From positions 1 to 64,000 of IMG/VR virus record IMGVR_UViG_3300020383_000001: a stretch of DNA of 64,000 bases. One strand, written 5' to 3'. How positions within the stretch are numbered: position 1 is the stretch's first letter; each line of letters starts with the position of its first letter. The stretch is from a virus. The translations under genes were made by a program, and so were the position numbers. Positions 1-8,326 of this stretch are shown one piece after another. Below the pieces are notes generated by a model. That model made no database searches and was not told the origin of the DNA. It saw only the letters and a list, made by a program, of their open reading frames with translations.

Positions 1-311
1 AAAACGTCTACTGCCAATCCATCTAAGTGTTTAGATTTCAGTGTTTGGGTTTTGCCCTCATCCAATAATTTCTTTTGCCTTTCTAAAGAACGTAGACCTT
101 CAGAAACACCGAAATCAACTTCTGAATAAGAAATTGCTAACTTAGTCAATTCCGCAATTTCTTTATCTACTCCTTCAAGGTTTTTTAAGCTGTTATTAGA
201 AAATTTAAATTTGTTTATTGGTTTCGGTAAGTTGTCTAATTGTTGATTCGAGCTTTGCAACGACCCGAAACAACTTACGATTTTTCCTTTTAGACCTTTT
301 ATAATTTTCAT
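1..311 (-). CDS. endolysin, L-alanyl-D-glutamate peptidase (peptidase M15C, phage T5 Lys-like); 3' end beyond window edge
   Basis: Not in the ORF track because it runs off the window. My own translation from ATG at 311 (RBS GGAGGTGAG upstream) gives MKIIKGLKGKIVSCFGSLQSSNQQ...DFGVSEGLRSLERQKKLL...LKSKHLDGLAVDV. SKHLDGLAVD fits the SxHxxGxAxD zinc-ligand motif, and the GLRSLERQ region matches T5-type endolysins. Confidence 0.7.
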   Translation of the reverse strand, partial: MKIIKGLKGKIVSCFGSLQSSNQQLDNLPKPINKFKFSNNSLKNLEGVDKEIAELTKLAISYSEVDFGVSEGLRSLERQKKLLDEGKTQTLKSKHLDGLAVDV

Positions 312-525
312 ACTCACCTCCCAGCTTATTGAATTTGTGCCACTAACGATAAAACCAGTTTACCCGGAGATACCAGAACCACCGGTAATATCGTTTGCGC
401 TGATTCTCGTCATTGTGACCCTGACCATCCTCTACGTGCAGCACCCACGCCAAAGCTTACCGCTTCACTTTGGATTAGTTTGTTTACGACAGTAAGTTGT
501 CAGCTACGGCCTAAAGACTTAATTT

Positions 526-855
526 TTACCACCACCAATAAACCCAAACTTCTTGGCCCTCTTTGACTCCTTTGTGTTGGAGCCACAAATACACTTTAGG
601 GTATTCTTCTCGTAATTGGTCATCCATTTGGGTTTGGTATACATATCTATCATTGCCTAATTCAAAATCAGTCCATATTTGTTTAACTTCATCTTCAACT
701 TCTACAGGACAATCAGACCATTGTGCATCAAGTACTGTTACTTGCTTAACAGAGTCACTACCATTAGGTTCTTTTTGTTGCCAATCACCAAATTTATGCG
801 AGTGGGATGTTGTTCTTCCTGAAAGTGACTTTAGAAATTCTTCTTGGTTTTGCAT
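526..855 (-). CDS. hypothetical protein (109 aa)
   Basis: Listed ORF; acidic, Trp-rich C-terminus; no recognisable motif. Confidence 0.35.
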   Translation of the reverse strand: MQNQEEFLKSLSGRTTSHSHKFGDWQQKEPNGSDSVKQVTVLDAQWSDCPVEVEDEVKQIWTDFELGNDRYVYQTQMDDQLREEYPKVYLWLQHKGVKEGQEVWVYWWW

Positions 856-1020
856 AATAAACTCGTTTTAAATTAGTTATAGCTCTGTCAAGGACTCGAA
901 CCTTGTATTGCATCCATTTCATTCTAAGCACTACCAAAGAATTACTCTATCCGCCGTGTTCCAATACACTACATCGAGCTAAACCACCTACTAACAGTAG
1001 TGTGCTGCGTTTGGTGAAAA

Positions 1021-1096
1021 TGGTGCCCCTGACTGGATTCGAACCAGTGACCTTCTAGTTATGAGCTAGCCGCTCTACACACTGAGCTACAAGGGC
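1021..1096 (-). tRNA. tRNA-Met (or Ile2), anticodon CAT, CCA encoded
   Basis: Reverse complement folds by hand into a 76-nt cloverleaf: acceptor GCCCTTG/CAGGGGC, D-arm GCTC-AGTGTGTA-GAGC, anticodon arm GCTAG-CTCATAA-CTAGA (anticodon CAT), T-arm ACTGG-TTCGAAT-CCAGT, discriminator A, CCA. Confidence 0.8.
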
Positions 1097-1104
1097 TAAA
1101 TTAG

Positions 1105-2001
1105 TTAATTTTTACCACGGAACATTTCTACATTGGCTCCAGTGGAACTTAAAGCTTCAACAGGTAAGAATACCTTAGATGCTTCATTTGAGCCTTCAGC
1201 AAGCTTCTCAGCTACTTCTAAACGCTTAAGTTCAAGCAGTTGAGGAGTGACACCTTCACCGATGATTAAGTTTTCATCACGAATAGCTTTAGCTTTAGTC
1301 ATTCGAACTTTATAGTCAGCTTCAGCAAGACGCTGTTCATTTCGTTTTTTGGTCATATCAATTTCAGCTTGAGCTTCTTCACGGGTAATAGCTAACCGGC
1401 GTTCTTCTGCTGCTTCAATTGCTTTATTGACTACATCTGGGTAATCAATATCGCCAATACTAAATTCACTTAAATCAATAGGTGAGCGTGATAAGGGCTC
1501 TTGCAATGCTGCTGTGATTTCATCACCTAAACGAGCATAGTTAAGGTGCACTTCATCTACATTATATTGGCTTACGACTTTACGTACTGTTTCACGTACA
1601 ACATCACGACCATAGATACCGTAAATCATTGAGAAAGAGATGGTATCAATGTCAGTAGTTGTGATGTCATTGAACATTGCATTCAGTACTTTTTCATCAC
1701 CTGAGATACGACCACGGAAACGTACTTCAATAGTCAAACTAAGTTTGTCTTCTAATTTGACTATAACGCGTTCTTTGTAAACATCAGTACCAGTTTCAAT
1801 TAAAACAGTATCTTCACGAAATCCTTCCCAATACTTACCTGGCTCAAGTACTTCAGGTTGGTAACCACTTGGAGTAAGGAATTTGCCTTTGTGTGCCGGA
1901 GGCACAGTTACAGGGCTGCAAGCAGTAATAAATAAGCTAACTGCAGCTATCGAGATCATTGCTAATTTAGTCAATGCTTTCATTTTTTCGGTCCTTTTCA
2001 T
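1105..2001 (-). CDS. SPFH/band-7 (stomatin/HflK-like) lipoprotein
   Basis: N-terminal signal with lipobox FITAC; C-terminal Ala/Glu-rich coiled region (AEAEIDMTKKRNEQRLAEADYKVRMTKAKA...LAEG) typical of the SPFH family. Confidence 0.6.
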   Translation of the reverse strand: MKRTEKMKALTKLAMISIAAVSLFITACSPVTVPPAHKGKFLTPSGYQPEVLEPGKYWEGFREDTVLIETGTDVYKERVIVKLEDKLSLTIEVRFRGRISGDEKVLNAMFNDITTTDIDTISFSMIYGIYGRDVVRETVRKVVSQYNVDEVHLNYARLGDEITAALQEPLSRSPIDLSEFSIGDIDYPDVVNKAIEAAEERRLAITREEAQAEIDMTKKRNEQRLAEADYKVRMTKAKAIRDENLIIGEGVTPQLLELKRLEVAEKLAEGSNEASKVFLPVEALSSTGANVEMFRGKN

Positions 2002-2281
2002 ATTCTTCGAGATCTTCCTTCACACGTTCTTTAAAGGAAGGTTGAGATTCAACTGTTACTTTTGGAGGTAACGGCTTTTGTTCAATACTACGGTTAGTGG
2101 CTTCAATAGCACCATAACCATCTTTTGTAATATTGACTGGTGGTAAAAGAGCAATGATAAAAATCCCTAAAATAGGGATAGTAGCCCATTTACTTTTATG
2201 CTTGTTAATCAGCTTCCAAGAGATAAAAAGAAGCAAACCAATTACGAATACTTGAAAAAGATCAAACCAATAAAATGTCAT
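1967..2281 (-). CDS. small two-TM membrane protein, possible NfeD-like partner of the SPFH protein
   Basis: Two hydrophobic helices then a charged tail; overlaps the SPFH gene by 35 nt, consistent with co-transcription. Confidence 0.4.
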   Translation of the reverse strand: MTFYWFDLFQVFVIGLLLFISWKLINKHKSKWATIPILGIFIIALLPPVNITKDGYGAIEATNRSIEQKPLPPKVTVESQPSFKERVKEDLEEYEKDRKNESID

Positions 2282-2462
2282 AATTTTCCTTGGTAAAATA
2301 ATAGAAGATAACGAAGTAGAACACCTCTCGAGTGAAGAAAAATTAAAAGGAAGTGTTCTAGTAGAGCCAACTAAGCGATGGGGGCAGTAGACTGGGTCTG
2401 AAGATCTTCTACCACTGTTTAGTTGGCTCTACAATGGCAGCTATTTCTAACTGCCATGAATA

Positions 2463-3065
2463 TTAAACAAAGTCTACTTCAATGCCTTCATCGGTACGAG
2501 TAAACTTAATGTGATCAAATCCCGGCATTTCGATGTCGTATTCATTGGAAACACGTTGCAAGAACTTCTTACACAAACAAGAGAATTCTTCATTAACAAG
2601 TTGATCATCACGTTCTGAGTCATCGAGTTTAATGTCAAGAGCCAATGGAGATTCTAAAACACTTAAAGTTGTGTTAATACACAAACTCAATTCGATAATC
2701 TCATTCTCAAGTTTTTGACATAGCAACGACTGAACAGCTTCAGGAGCTTTTATAAGTTGGTTTAAGTAACTGTTAATTACTTTAATTGTTTCAACAATAC
2801 CAGCATCTACAACTTCTTTTTCATTGTAGTCTTTTGGATAACCTTCTGGCGCAGCTTCTTTAAGTTGTTCAAAGTATTGTTCACTTCTTTTGTAGAACAC
2901 TTCTGGCGTGATAGCTGAGTTTTCCAGAACATTGTTTTCTTCTACGAATGTTATCATTTCTTCATGACTTTCGAATGTCCAGAACAGAAAGAATAAAAAC
3001 AATGGACGATTATCAAAAGATTGTACTTGTACTGCCAAGTTCATTGCTTGTGCTTTAGTTAGCAT
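2463..3065 (-). CDS. hypothetical acidic protein (200 aa)
   Basis: Listed ORF, no recognisable motif. Confidence 0.35.
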   Translation of the reverse strand: MLTKAQAMNLAVQVQSFDNRPLFLFFLFWTFESHEEMITFVEENNVLENSAITPEVFYKRSEQYFEQLKEAAPEGYPKDYNEKEVVDAGIVETIKVINSYLNQLIKAPEAVQSLLCQKLENEIIELSLCINTTLSVLESPLALDIKLDDSERDDQLVNEEFSCLCKKFLQRVSNEYDIEMPGFDHIKFTRTDEGIEVDFV

Positions 3066-3125
3066 AATATTTCCTATTTATTGGGGAGTATAAAAGAAAA
3101 AGCCCCGCATAAGCAGAGCCAATAA

Positions 3126-4346
3126 TTAAAGAAAATTATAGTAACCCAAATTAGTTTCTTGTACTTGTTGGGTTAACATTTCTAACTCTACTTCAATTAG
3201 AGTATCACCTTCACCAATAGAGTAAGCTTGTAAATTACCAGAAATTCCAATTAAGTTATTATCATTTAAAGTAACTTTTGTTGGAATTCTTGAGCTTAAC
3301 CGGTAGGTTTTAAACTCTTCAAAGGAATAGTGCATATCATTGTAAATATCACTTTCCCTGAACTCTTCCTCACTCATATCTTTATGTTTGTAGAAAGGAT
3401 TGGCAATACTAGTAGAAATACGAATAGAATCAGAATTAGTTGATTTAGCTAGTTCATTTTCTAATTGTAATCTTTTAGAGTTATCTTTAAAAGATACAAC
3501 TTTATAATTAGTTGAACTACTTTTACGTAGATTAGGTACATTCATGACTTCAACAATTGAGTTCAAAGTCTCTTCTGAATGTACTGCCCATTCGTACATG
3601 ATTTCATTCATGGTATCGAATGTACAAGAATTACGGCGATTGTAAGTAACAAGACTTTCAGTTTTATCAGCAGATAAACCGTATTCTTTTGCTAGTTCTT
3701 CAACTACTTCAGTTTCAAGTCCACTGAAGTTGTACAGATAACGCATACGACTAGGACGGTCTCGGAAATAGTTTGATAACATATAGCTTTCGTTATCGAT
3801 TAAAATCGTAAGACGTTTAGCATTGTTTGTGCCGCTGAAGAATGTAAGCATCTCATCTTGGCGCATTTTTGCCGTAGCAGAATTTGGTCGCTCATCTTCA
3901 CTCATTTTACTTAAGTGCTTTAAGAACTCGTCAAAGATTACAACACAGTCACCAATTGAGTTGATAAAACTTAAGTATTCTGGAGAAGTACTAAATGTAC
4001 CTGATACATCAATTACTGGGTAACCTTGGTTGATTGCGTGATTAGCAATTAGATTAGCCAACAGAGTTTTACCGGCTCCTTTATCACCAAATAAGCCAAC
4101 ACCAATAGAATCTTTTTTGTGCTGGTACATATCCCATATACGTGTTTTACGTGATTCAGCATTACCATAAATCTTCTCAGGTAATGAAATAGCTTGGCTC
4201 ATACGTTCTAAGTAATAACCGCCAAAAGGACCTTCTTTGATTTGGTAGTAAGCAGGTGGAAGTTTGTCAACGATTTGACCTTCTTGTACTACGAAAGGTC
4301 TGGCTAGTTTGCCATCAATAGCAAATTTTTTGATGTCTTTTGACAT
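3126..4346 (-). CDS. P-loop NTPase (AAA-like ATPase)
   Basis: Walker A GLFGDKGAGKT and Walker B-like VVIFDEF. Confidence 0.5.
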   Translation of the reverse strand: MSKDIKKFAIDGKLARPFVVQEGQIVDKLPPAYYQIKEGPFGGYYLERMSQAISLPEKIYGNAESRKTRIWDMYQHKKDSIGVGLFGDKGAGKTLLANLIANHAINQGYPVIDVSGTFSTSPEYLSFINSIGDCVVIFDEFLKHLSKMSEDERPNSATAKMRQDEMLTFFSGTNNAKRLTILIDNESYMLSNYFRDRPSRMRYLYNFSGLETEVVEELAKEYGLSADKTESLVTYNRRNSCTFDTMNEIMYEWAVHSEETLNSIVEVMNVPNLRKSSSTNYKVVSFKDNSKRLQLENELAKSTNSDSIRISTSIANPFYKHKDMSEEEFRESDIYNDMHYSFEEFKTYRLSSRIPTKVTLNDNNLIGISGNLQAYSIGEGDTLIEVELEMLTQQVQETNLGYYNFL

Positions 4347-4388
4347 GATAAACCTTAGTTATTTTTTGAGGGTGTGAAGATATTTTCG

Positions 4389-4600
4389 TATTAATTATGG
4401 CAGCTCTGAGGGGATTCGAACCACTACCTATGAAGTCAGTTTTGGCTTTCATTTGTGGCGCAGATTGACACAAACTATTAACCAAAGTTCACCTTCACTA
4501 GCCACCCCAATCTAATCTTGATGCTTAGGATTCCGCCGACTCTCGTCTGCGCTGCGAGCGTCCATCAAGCATGATTTGGTGCAGAGCTATAATTAATACG
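4389..4600 (-). ncRNA. candidate structured RNA: tRNA-like element (T-arm GGTTCGAATCC plus acceptor-like 3' end CAGAGCTGCCA) closed by a perfect 19-bp inverted repeat
   Basis: CGTATTAATTAT-GG-CAGCTCTG at 4389-4410 is the reverse complement of GCAGAGCTATAATTAATACG at 4581-4600. An internal 7-bp stem CTTGATG/CATCAAG and a T-loop consensus are present. No ORF. Confidence 0.3.
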
Positions 4601-5089
4601 ACCTCCCCGAAGGGAGGAAGAACTATTTGATGACAAGGCGTTACCCTTGCTAGCGTGTAGGGTATTAAGCTACTGCTAGATATTGGCTATCATTTGCATT
4701 TATAACGATTACCGTATAGTTGCTAGGCGACGACTCCTACTCAACTATGTAATGCGGTGACGGGTGGTGAATTTCCCGCTTGATTAAGTGATCAACCTGT
4801 TGCCATCCACTTAATCGCTAGATGAGCGTCAAGGTCAAAGCCTTGACCGATGTTAACTACCAATCACCACTTGGCAATTCACCGCATTGTTGAGTTGGCT
4901 TAAAGATTTTCCACACCATAAGTGCTTGTATCGAATGTTGCCTTTAAACCAACTCAAAAATAAGGTAAATAACGTCCCTGTGCGACCACGGTAGGGACAA
5001 CACCGTTAAGGAGGATTCACATGGCTAAGAACCCCAGGTCTATACAATCATTTCAATAAAACAACCAATTCCAGGCACCGGAGGTGCCA

Positions 5090-5380
5090 TTACCATTCAT
5101 AGGTATTCAAATGATCATAAACTTTGGCATCTCTATCTAACTCAATTAAAAGACAATCCATATCTAAAGCAAATGCAATTAGATGTGCAATGTCATTAGG
5201 TAAGCTTTTAATCAAGTTATCTTGATAGTGTGTATGAAGCTTAATGAAGAAACCTTCATCACGTTTCATGACAGTAAATGGTGTATCACCAGGACTCAAA
5301 CTATCTAGATACTGCATGGTTTCTAGGCTAATGTGCGAGGTACTTAGAGCAATACATTGGTAGAGTTCAGGTTCTTTCAT
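5090..5380 (-). CDS. hypothetical protein (96 aa)
   Basis: Listed ORF, flanked on both sides by matching GGA-loop hairpins. Confidence 0.35.
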   Translation of the reverse strand: MKEPELYQCIALSTSHISLETMQYLDSLSPGDTPFTVMKRDEGFFIKLHTHYQDNLIKSLPNDIAHLIAFALDMDCLLIELDRDAKVYDHLNTYEW

Positions 5381-5564
5381 AAAATCACCTGTTAGTATTT
5401 AGACTGGATTGAGTCAAAAATGCCTGATTTTTAACTTTTACAATTCAGGTAAGTTAACTTTTCTAGCAAACTATCATATTTGATTAAAATACGTAGAATT
5501 TGATAAAAAATAAAATCCACCTAAGCAGCCGGAGGCTGCCTAAGTGGAAGTTAACTTTAGTTGA

Positions 5565-6578
5565 TTAGCTTAATGCGTATTCAGCATCTTTCATGAGTTG
5601 AGCCAGGTTATCTGAACGCTTGATTACTTTAATTGGTTCACCAGTAATCTCAGTAAGAATGCTACTAAGTAGATCACTATCAGCAATCTCAATTAAGATA
5701 TCGAGATAGTTCTGACGCATATTCTGTACGTAGTTAGGATGACACCAGAATGAATCATGAATGGTAAGAATCTCAAAGCCTTGCTTATGAGCTCTACGCA
5801 CCATTTCACGTACCACATAGCCATCAATGGAATGCGTAACATTAGCGGCTAAACTAATACCAGATTCCATTGGCCGGTTAACGTATGCTTTGTGGGTGAA
5901 CGTAGCATGGTCAAGCTCATCTACTTCAATTTTCTTGGTTTCCTCATCCATGACTGGAACATACGCTGTATGCCCATCAGGAAGCGTCCATGAGTGGTAA
6001 TGAGCATTACCTTGCCAGCAGGACTGGATATCATTCATGACTTCAAGAGCACCGCCTAAGTCTTTCTCAAGCATTTCATTGAAGATTTCAAGCTCTTGAG
6101 TATCCTCACCGAATACAAGCTTAGGCTGCTCTTTTGAGCCATAGAACGTAGTCATAATGGGCTTCTTGAGCTTACTACGAGGAATATCATGTCCAATTTC
6201 TTGGCTCATGTGTTTAGCTACGCGCTCATACACATCCTCACGTTTACCTGTATTAATCAGGTTTACTGAGTGAGCTGTATCGTGACAACCAATCAGACAA
6301 GCCAGTATCTGCAAACCAGATGCTGTAGCATCTAAGCCAATAGGCGTACCGGAAGCGATACCACGTTTAGCATCTTTCCAGGTACGCAACATTTTGGCAT
6401 ACAGAATAGGCTCATCAGCTTCGTTTTCTAAGGCTTCAAGCCCTGACAATGAATGACTATTAAACCAGTTTAAACGCTGTTGCCATGTAAGTTTATCTAA
6501 GCCAAAGTGATTAGCTACTGCAATTTTGATGTATTCAAGTGGAGTAAATTGTTGCATTGGATTTTCCTTATAAATCAA
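5565..6578 (-). CDS. phage RNA polymerase II catalytic subunit (T7-like palm, N4 gp16-like)
   Basis: T7 RNAP motif A (GLDATASGLQIL, compare T7 DGSCSGIQH) and motif C (ILTIHDSFWCHP, compare T7 ALIHDSFGT). Confidence 0.8.
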   Translation of the reverse strand: MIYKENPMQQFTPLEYIKIAVANHFGLDKLTWQQRLNWFNSHSLSGLEALENEADEPILYAKMLRTWKDAKRGIASGTPIGLDATASGLQILACLIGCHDTAHSVNLINTGKREDVYERVAKHMSQEIGHDIPRSKLKKPIMTTFYGSKEQPKLVFGEDTQELEIFNEMLEKDLGGALEVMNDIQSCWQGNAHYHSWTLPDGHTAYVPVMDEETKKIEVDELDHATFTHKAYVNRPMESGISLAANVTHSIDGYVVREMVRRAHKQGFEILTIHDSFWCHPNYVQNMRQNYLDILIEIADSDLLSSILTEITGEPIKVIKRSDNLAQLMKDAEYALS

Positions 6579-6584
6579 ATGTAA

Positions 6585-6971
6585 TTAAGACAGAACAGTA
6601 AGTAATACTTGAGTTTCTTTAAGCTTCGTATTGTAAAGCTCAGTAAGATGTTTTAATGCTTCATCAGGGTACATATAAATAGATAATTTTTTGTGGTGAG
6701 TATTTTCTGAATTAACACCAACTAAACAAGCATCTAATACCCCACGGTAAGAGAAAGTAAAAGAATCCCCAAATATCGTTACACAACGATAAAACCTTAT
6801 ATCTAGGGTACGTTTAACTATGCCAGTAACTAAGAAGGGAACAGATGTAAGTCTCAATGGTTTAACTAAACAGAAAGACTTATTAAGTAAGTGGTCTATT
6901 AATTCTGACTCACTAAGTAAATCTTGAGTACAAGCCCAACGTGGTTTAGCTGTAGAGTATGTTTCATTCAT
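6585..6971 (-). CDS. hypothetical protein (128 aa) inserted between the RNAP II subunit genes
   Basis: Listed ORF, no motif recognised. Confidence 0.35.
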   Translation of the reverse strand: MNETYSTAKPRWACTQDLLSESELIDHLLNKSFCLVKPLRLTSVPFLVTGIVKRTLDIRFYRCVTIFGDSFTFSYRGVLDACLVGVNSENTHHKKLSIYMYPDEALKHLTELYNTKLKETQVLLTVLS

Positions 6972-6973
6972 AT

Positions 6974-7333
6974 TTAATACCTCAAAACAAATACTGGTTT
7001 ATCTAGCTTTTTCATCGTATCAATCATGTGCTTAGTGCCTTTGGATTTACCATCCCAAGCGGCTAACAACACATCACTATACTGAGCCATATCAACGTTT
7101 CTGCGGTAACCAGCAGACCTACCGTACAACGCCCAGTTAGCTGGAAATTTACGAAGAGGTAAGTTATTTAATTTAGCTATCTCAATCGCACAAGTATCAG
7201 CTCCAAGAGCCATGCCAGATACTATTTCTAAGCCTTTTTCAATAATATCTCCGGATTGAATAAGACTATTGATAGCATCAATTAAGTCATCAGTGGCCGT
7301 ATAATCACGACCACCTGCAATTAGTAATTTCAT
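6974..7333 (-). CDS. SLOG-family protein (DUF2493 / YspA-like Rossmann fold)
   Basis: Pattern MKLLIAGGRDY...GxALGADxxAIExAK...FPANW..YGRSAGYRRNxxM...WDGKSKGTKHMI matches the DUF2493 consensus as I recall it. Confidence 0.6.
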   Translation of the reverse strand: MKLLIAGGRDYTATDDLIDAINSLIQSGDIIEKGLEIVSGMALGADTCAIEIAKLNNLPLRKFPANWALYGRSAGYRRNVDMAQYSDVLLAAWDGKSKGTKHMIDTMKKLDKPVFVLRY

Positions 7334-8241
7334 AGTTTAACTACCTCTTTCTTGGCAAAGTTAATAAGAGCTTTCTTGTATTCAGTACTCTGGATATTGA
7401 TGTGATAACCCTGTGAATACAGACGACCACGCTTATCGAATTTGTGGGTTAGATAGAACTTATTACCATGATCTAACATCTCATTGTAAACAGTACGAGA
7501 AGCTTGTTTCATTTGGGTAAATTGCTCTTGTTTCTGGAGAGTATCTAATGGTTTATTAGGCAACTCTTCCAATTGCAGTACATGGTAATCAAGACTAAGT
7601 GCTTGGTTATTCATGAGGTTAATTACATCAAGAGCTAATGGCATATCATGATGATTAACTGGAGTACCAAGCAATAGTGATTCACTAAATGAGTAGTACT
7701 GGTAGGCACGGTTATTCATTACCACTATTGGCTTAGATACCATTGGTGGTTGATATCGGATATTAATTAGATGCTGTTTGATTTCATCATCTAACTTCCA
7801 CAAGGGAATAATCATCATCCGGTTTTCATCGTTTAATGTGGCTACTTCAATATCAAACAAGTCATGCTCGCACATGATACCCATCAATTCAGAAGCAGTC
7901 TTAACACCATCAAATATATCTTCAAATCCAAAGGTTGGTGCCATGATACCAGCTACAGATTGCAATGGTTGTGGCTTACCCTCGCGTAATACAACTACCA
8001 TCACACCAAGACAAAAGTTGAGCAAATTATACTCACTTTGAATAAGGTGCTGTTTACGCAATTGCTTGCTTTCATAGCTACTACTAAGTAACCATTTTTC
8101 TATGGACGCAATACAGTCATACACTAGATACATTGTATTGAAGCATGTCTCCAACTCATGCTTAATAAGCTTACGTGCATTTTCTTTGCTGTACTTAAAT
8201 TCTAATACCATTTGTTGTTTCAATAGGTTTTCAGTAGTCAT
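7330..8241 (-). CDS. phage RNA polymerase II N-terminal subunit (N4 gp15-like)
   Basis: Contains FYLTHKFDKRGRLYSQG, matching the T7 RNAP FPYNMDWRGRVYAVS motif; a 303-aa separate subunit fits N4 RNAP II architecture. Confidence 0.7.
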   Translation of the reverse strand: MTTENLLKQQMVLEFKYSKENARKLIKHELETCFNTMYLVYDCIASIEKWLLSSSYESKQLRKQHLIQSEYNLLNFCLGVMVVVLREGKPQPLQSVAGIMAPTFGFEDIFDGVKTASELMGIMCEHDLFDIEVATLNDENRMMIIPLWKLDDEIKQHLINIRYQPPMVSKPIVVMNNRAYQYYSFSESLLLGTPVNHHDMPLALDVINLMNNQALSLDYHVLQLEELPNKPLDTLQKQEQFTQMKQASRTVYNEMLDHGNKFYLTHKFDKRGRLYSQGYHINIQSTEYKKALINFAKKEVVKL

Positions 8242-8326
8242 TGGATTTCCTTACTATCTAATCACTAAAAATAAAGCACCAAGCCCTCCCAATACTGAGA
8301 GAGCCTGATGCTACGGACATCAGCTA

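Noticed and set aside
563-871. + strand 102-aa ORF overlapping the 526..855 gene
   Set aside because: It overlaps the - strand ORF completely, lies in a leftward-transcribed block, is Ser/Cys-rich and has no RBS.
4581-5089. Possibility that the ORF-free region hides a split or intron-interrupted protein gene between the 96-aa and 406-aa ORFs
   Set aside because: The flanking ORFs have independent start and stop codons and show no sequence continuity of one protein. I found no open frame of 40 codons or more in the region. A structured RNA is the simpler reading, although an intron cannot be excluded without a search.
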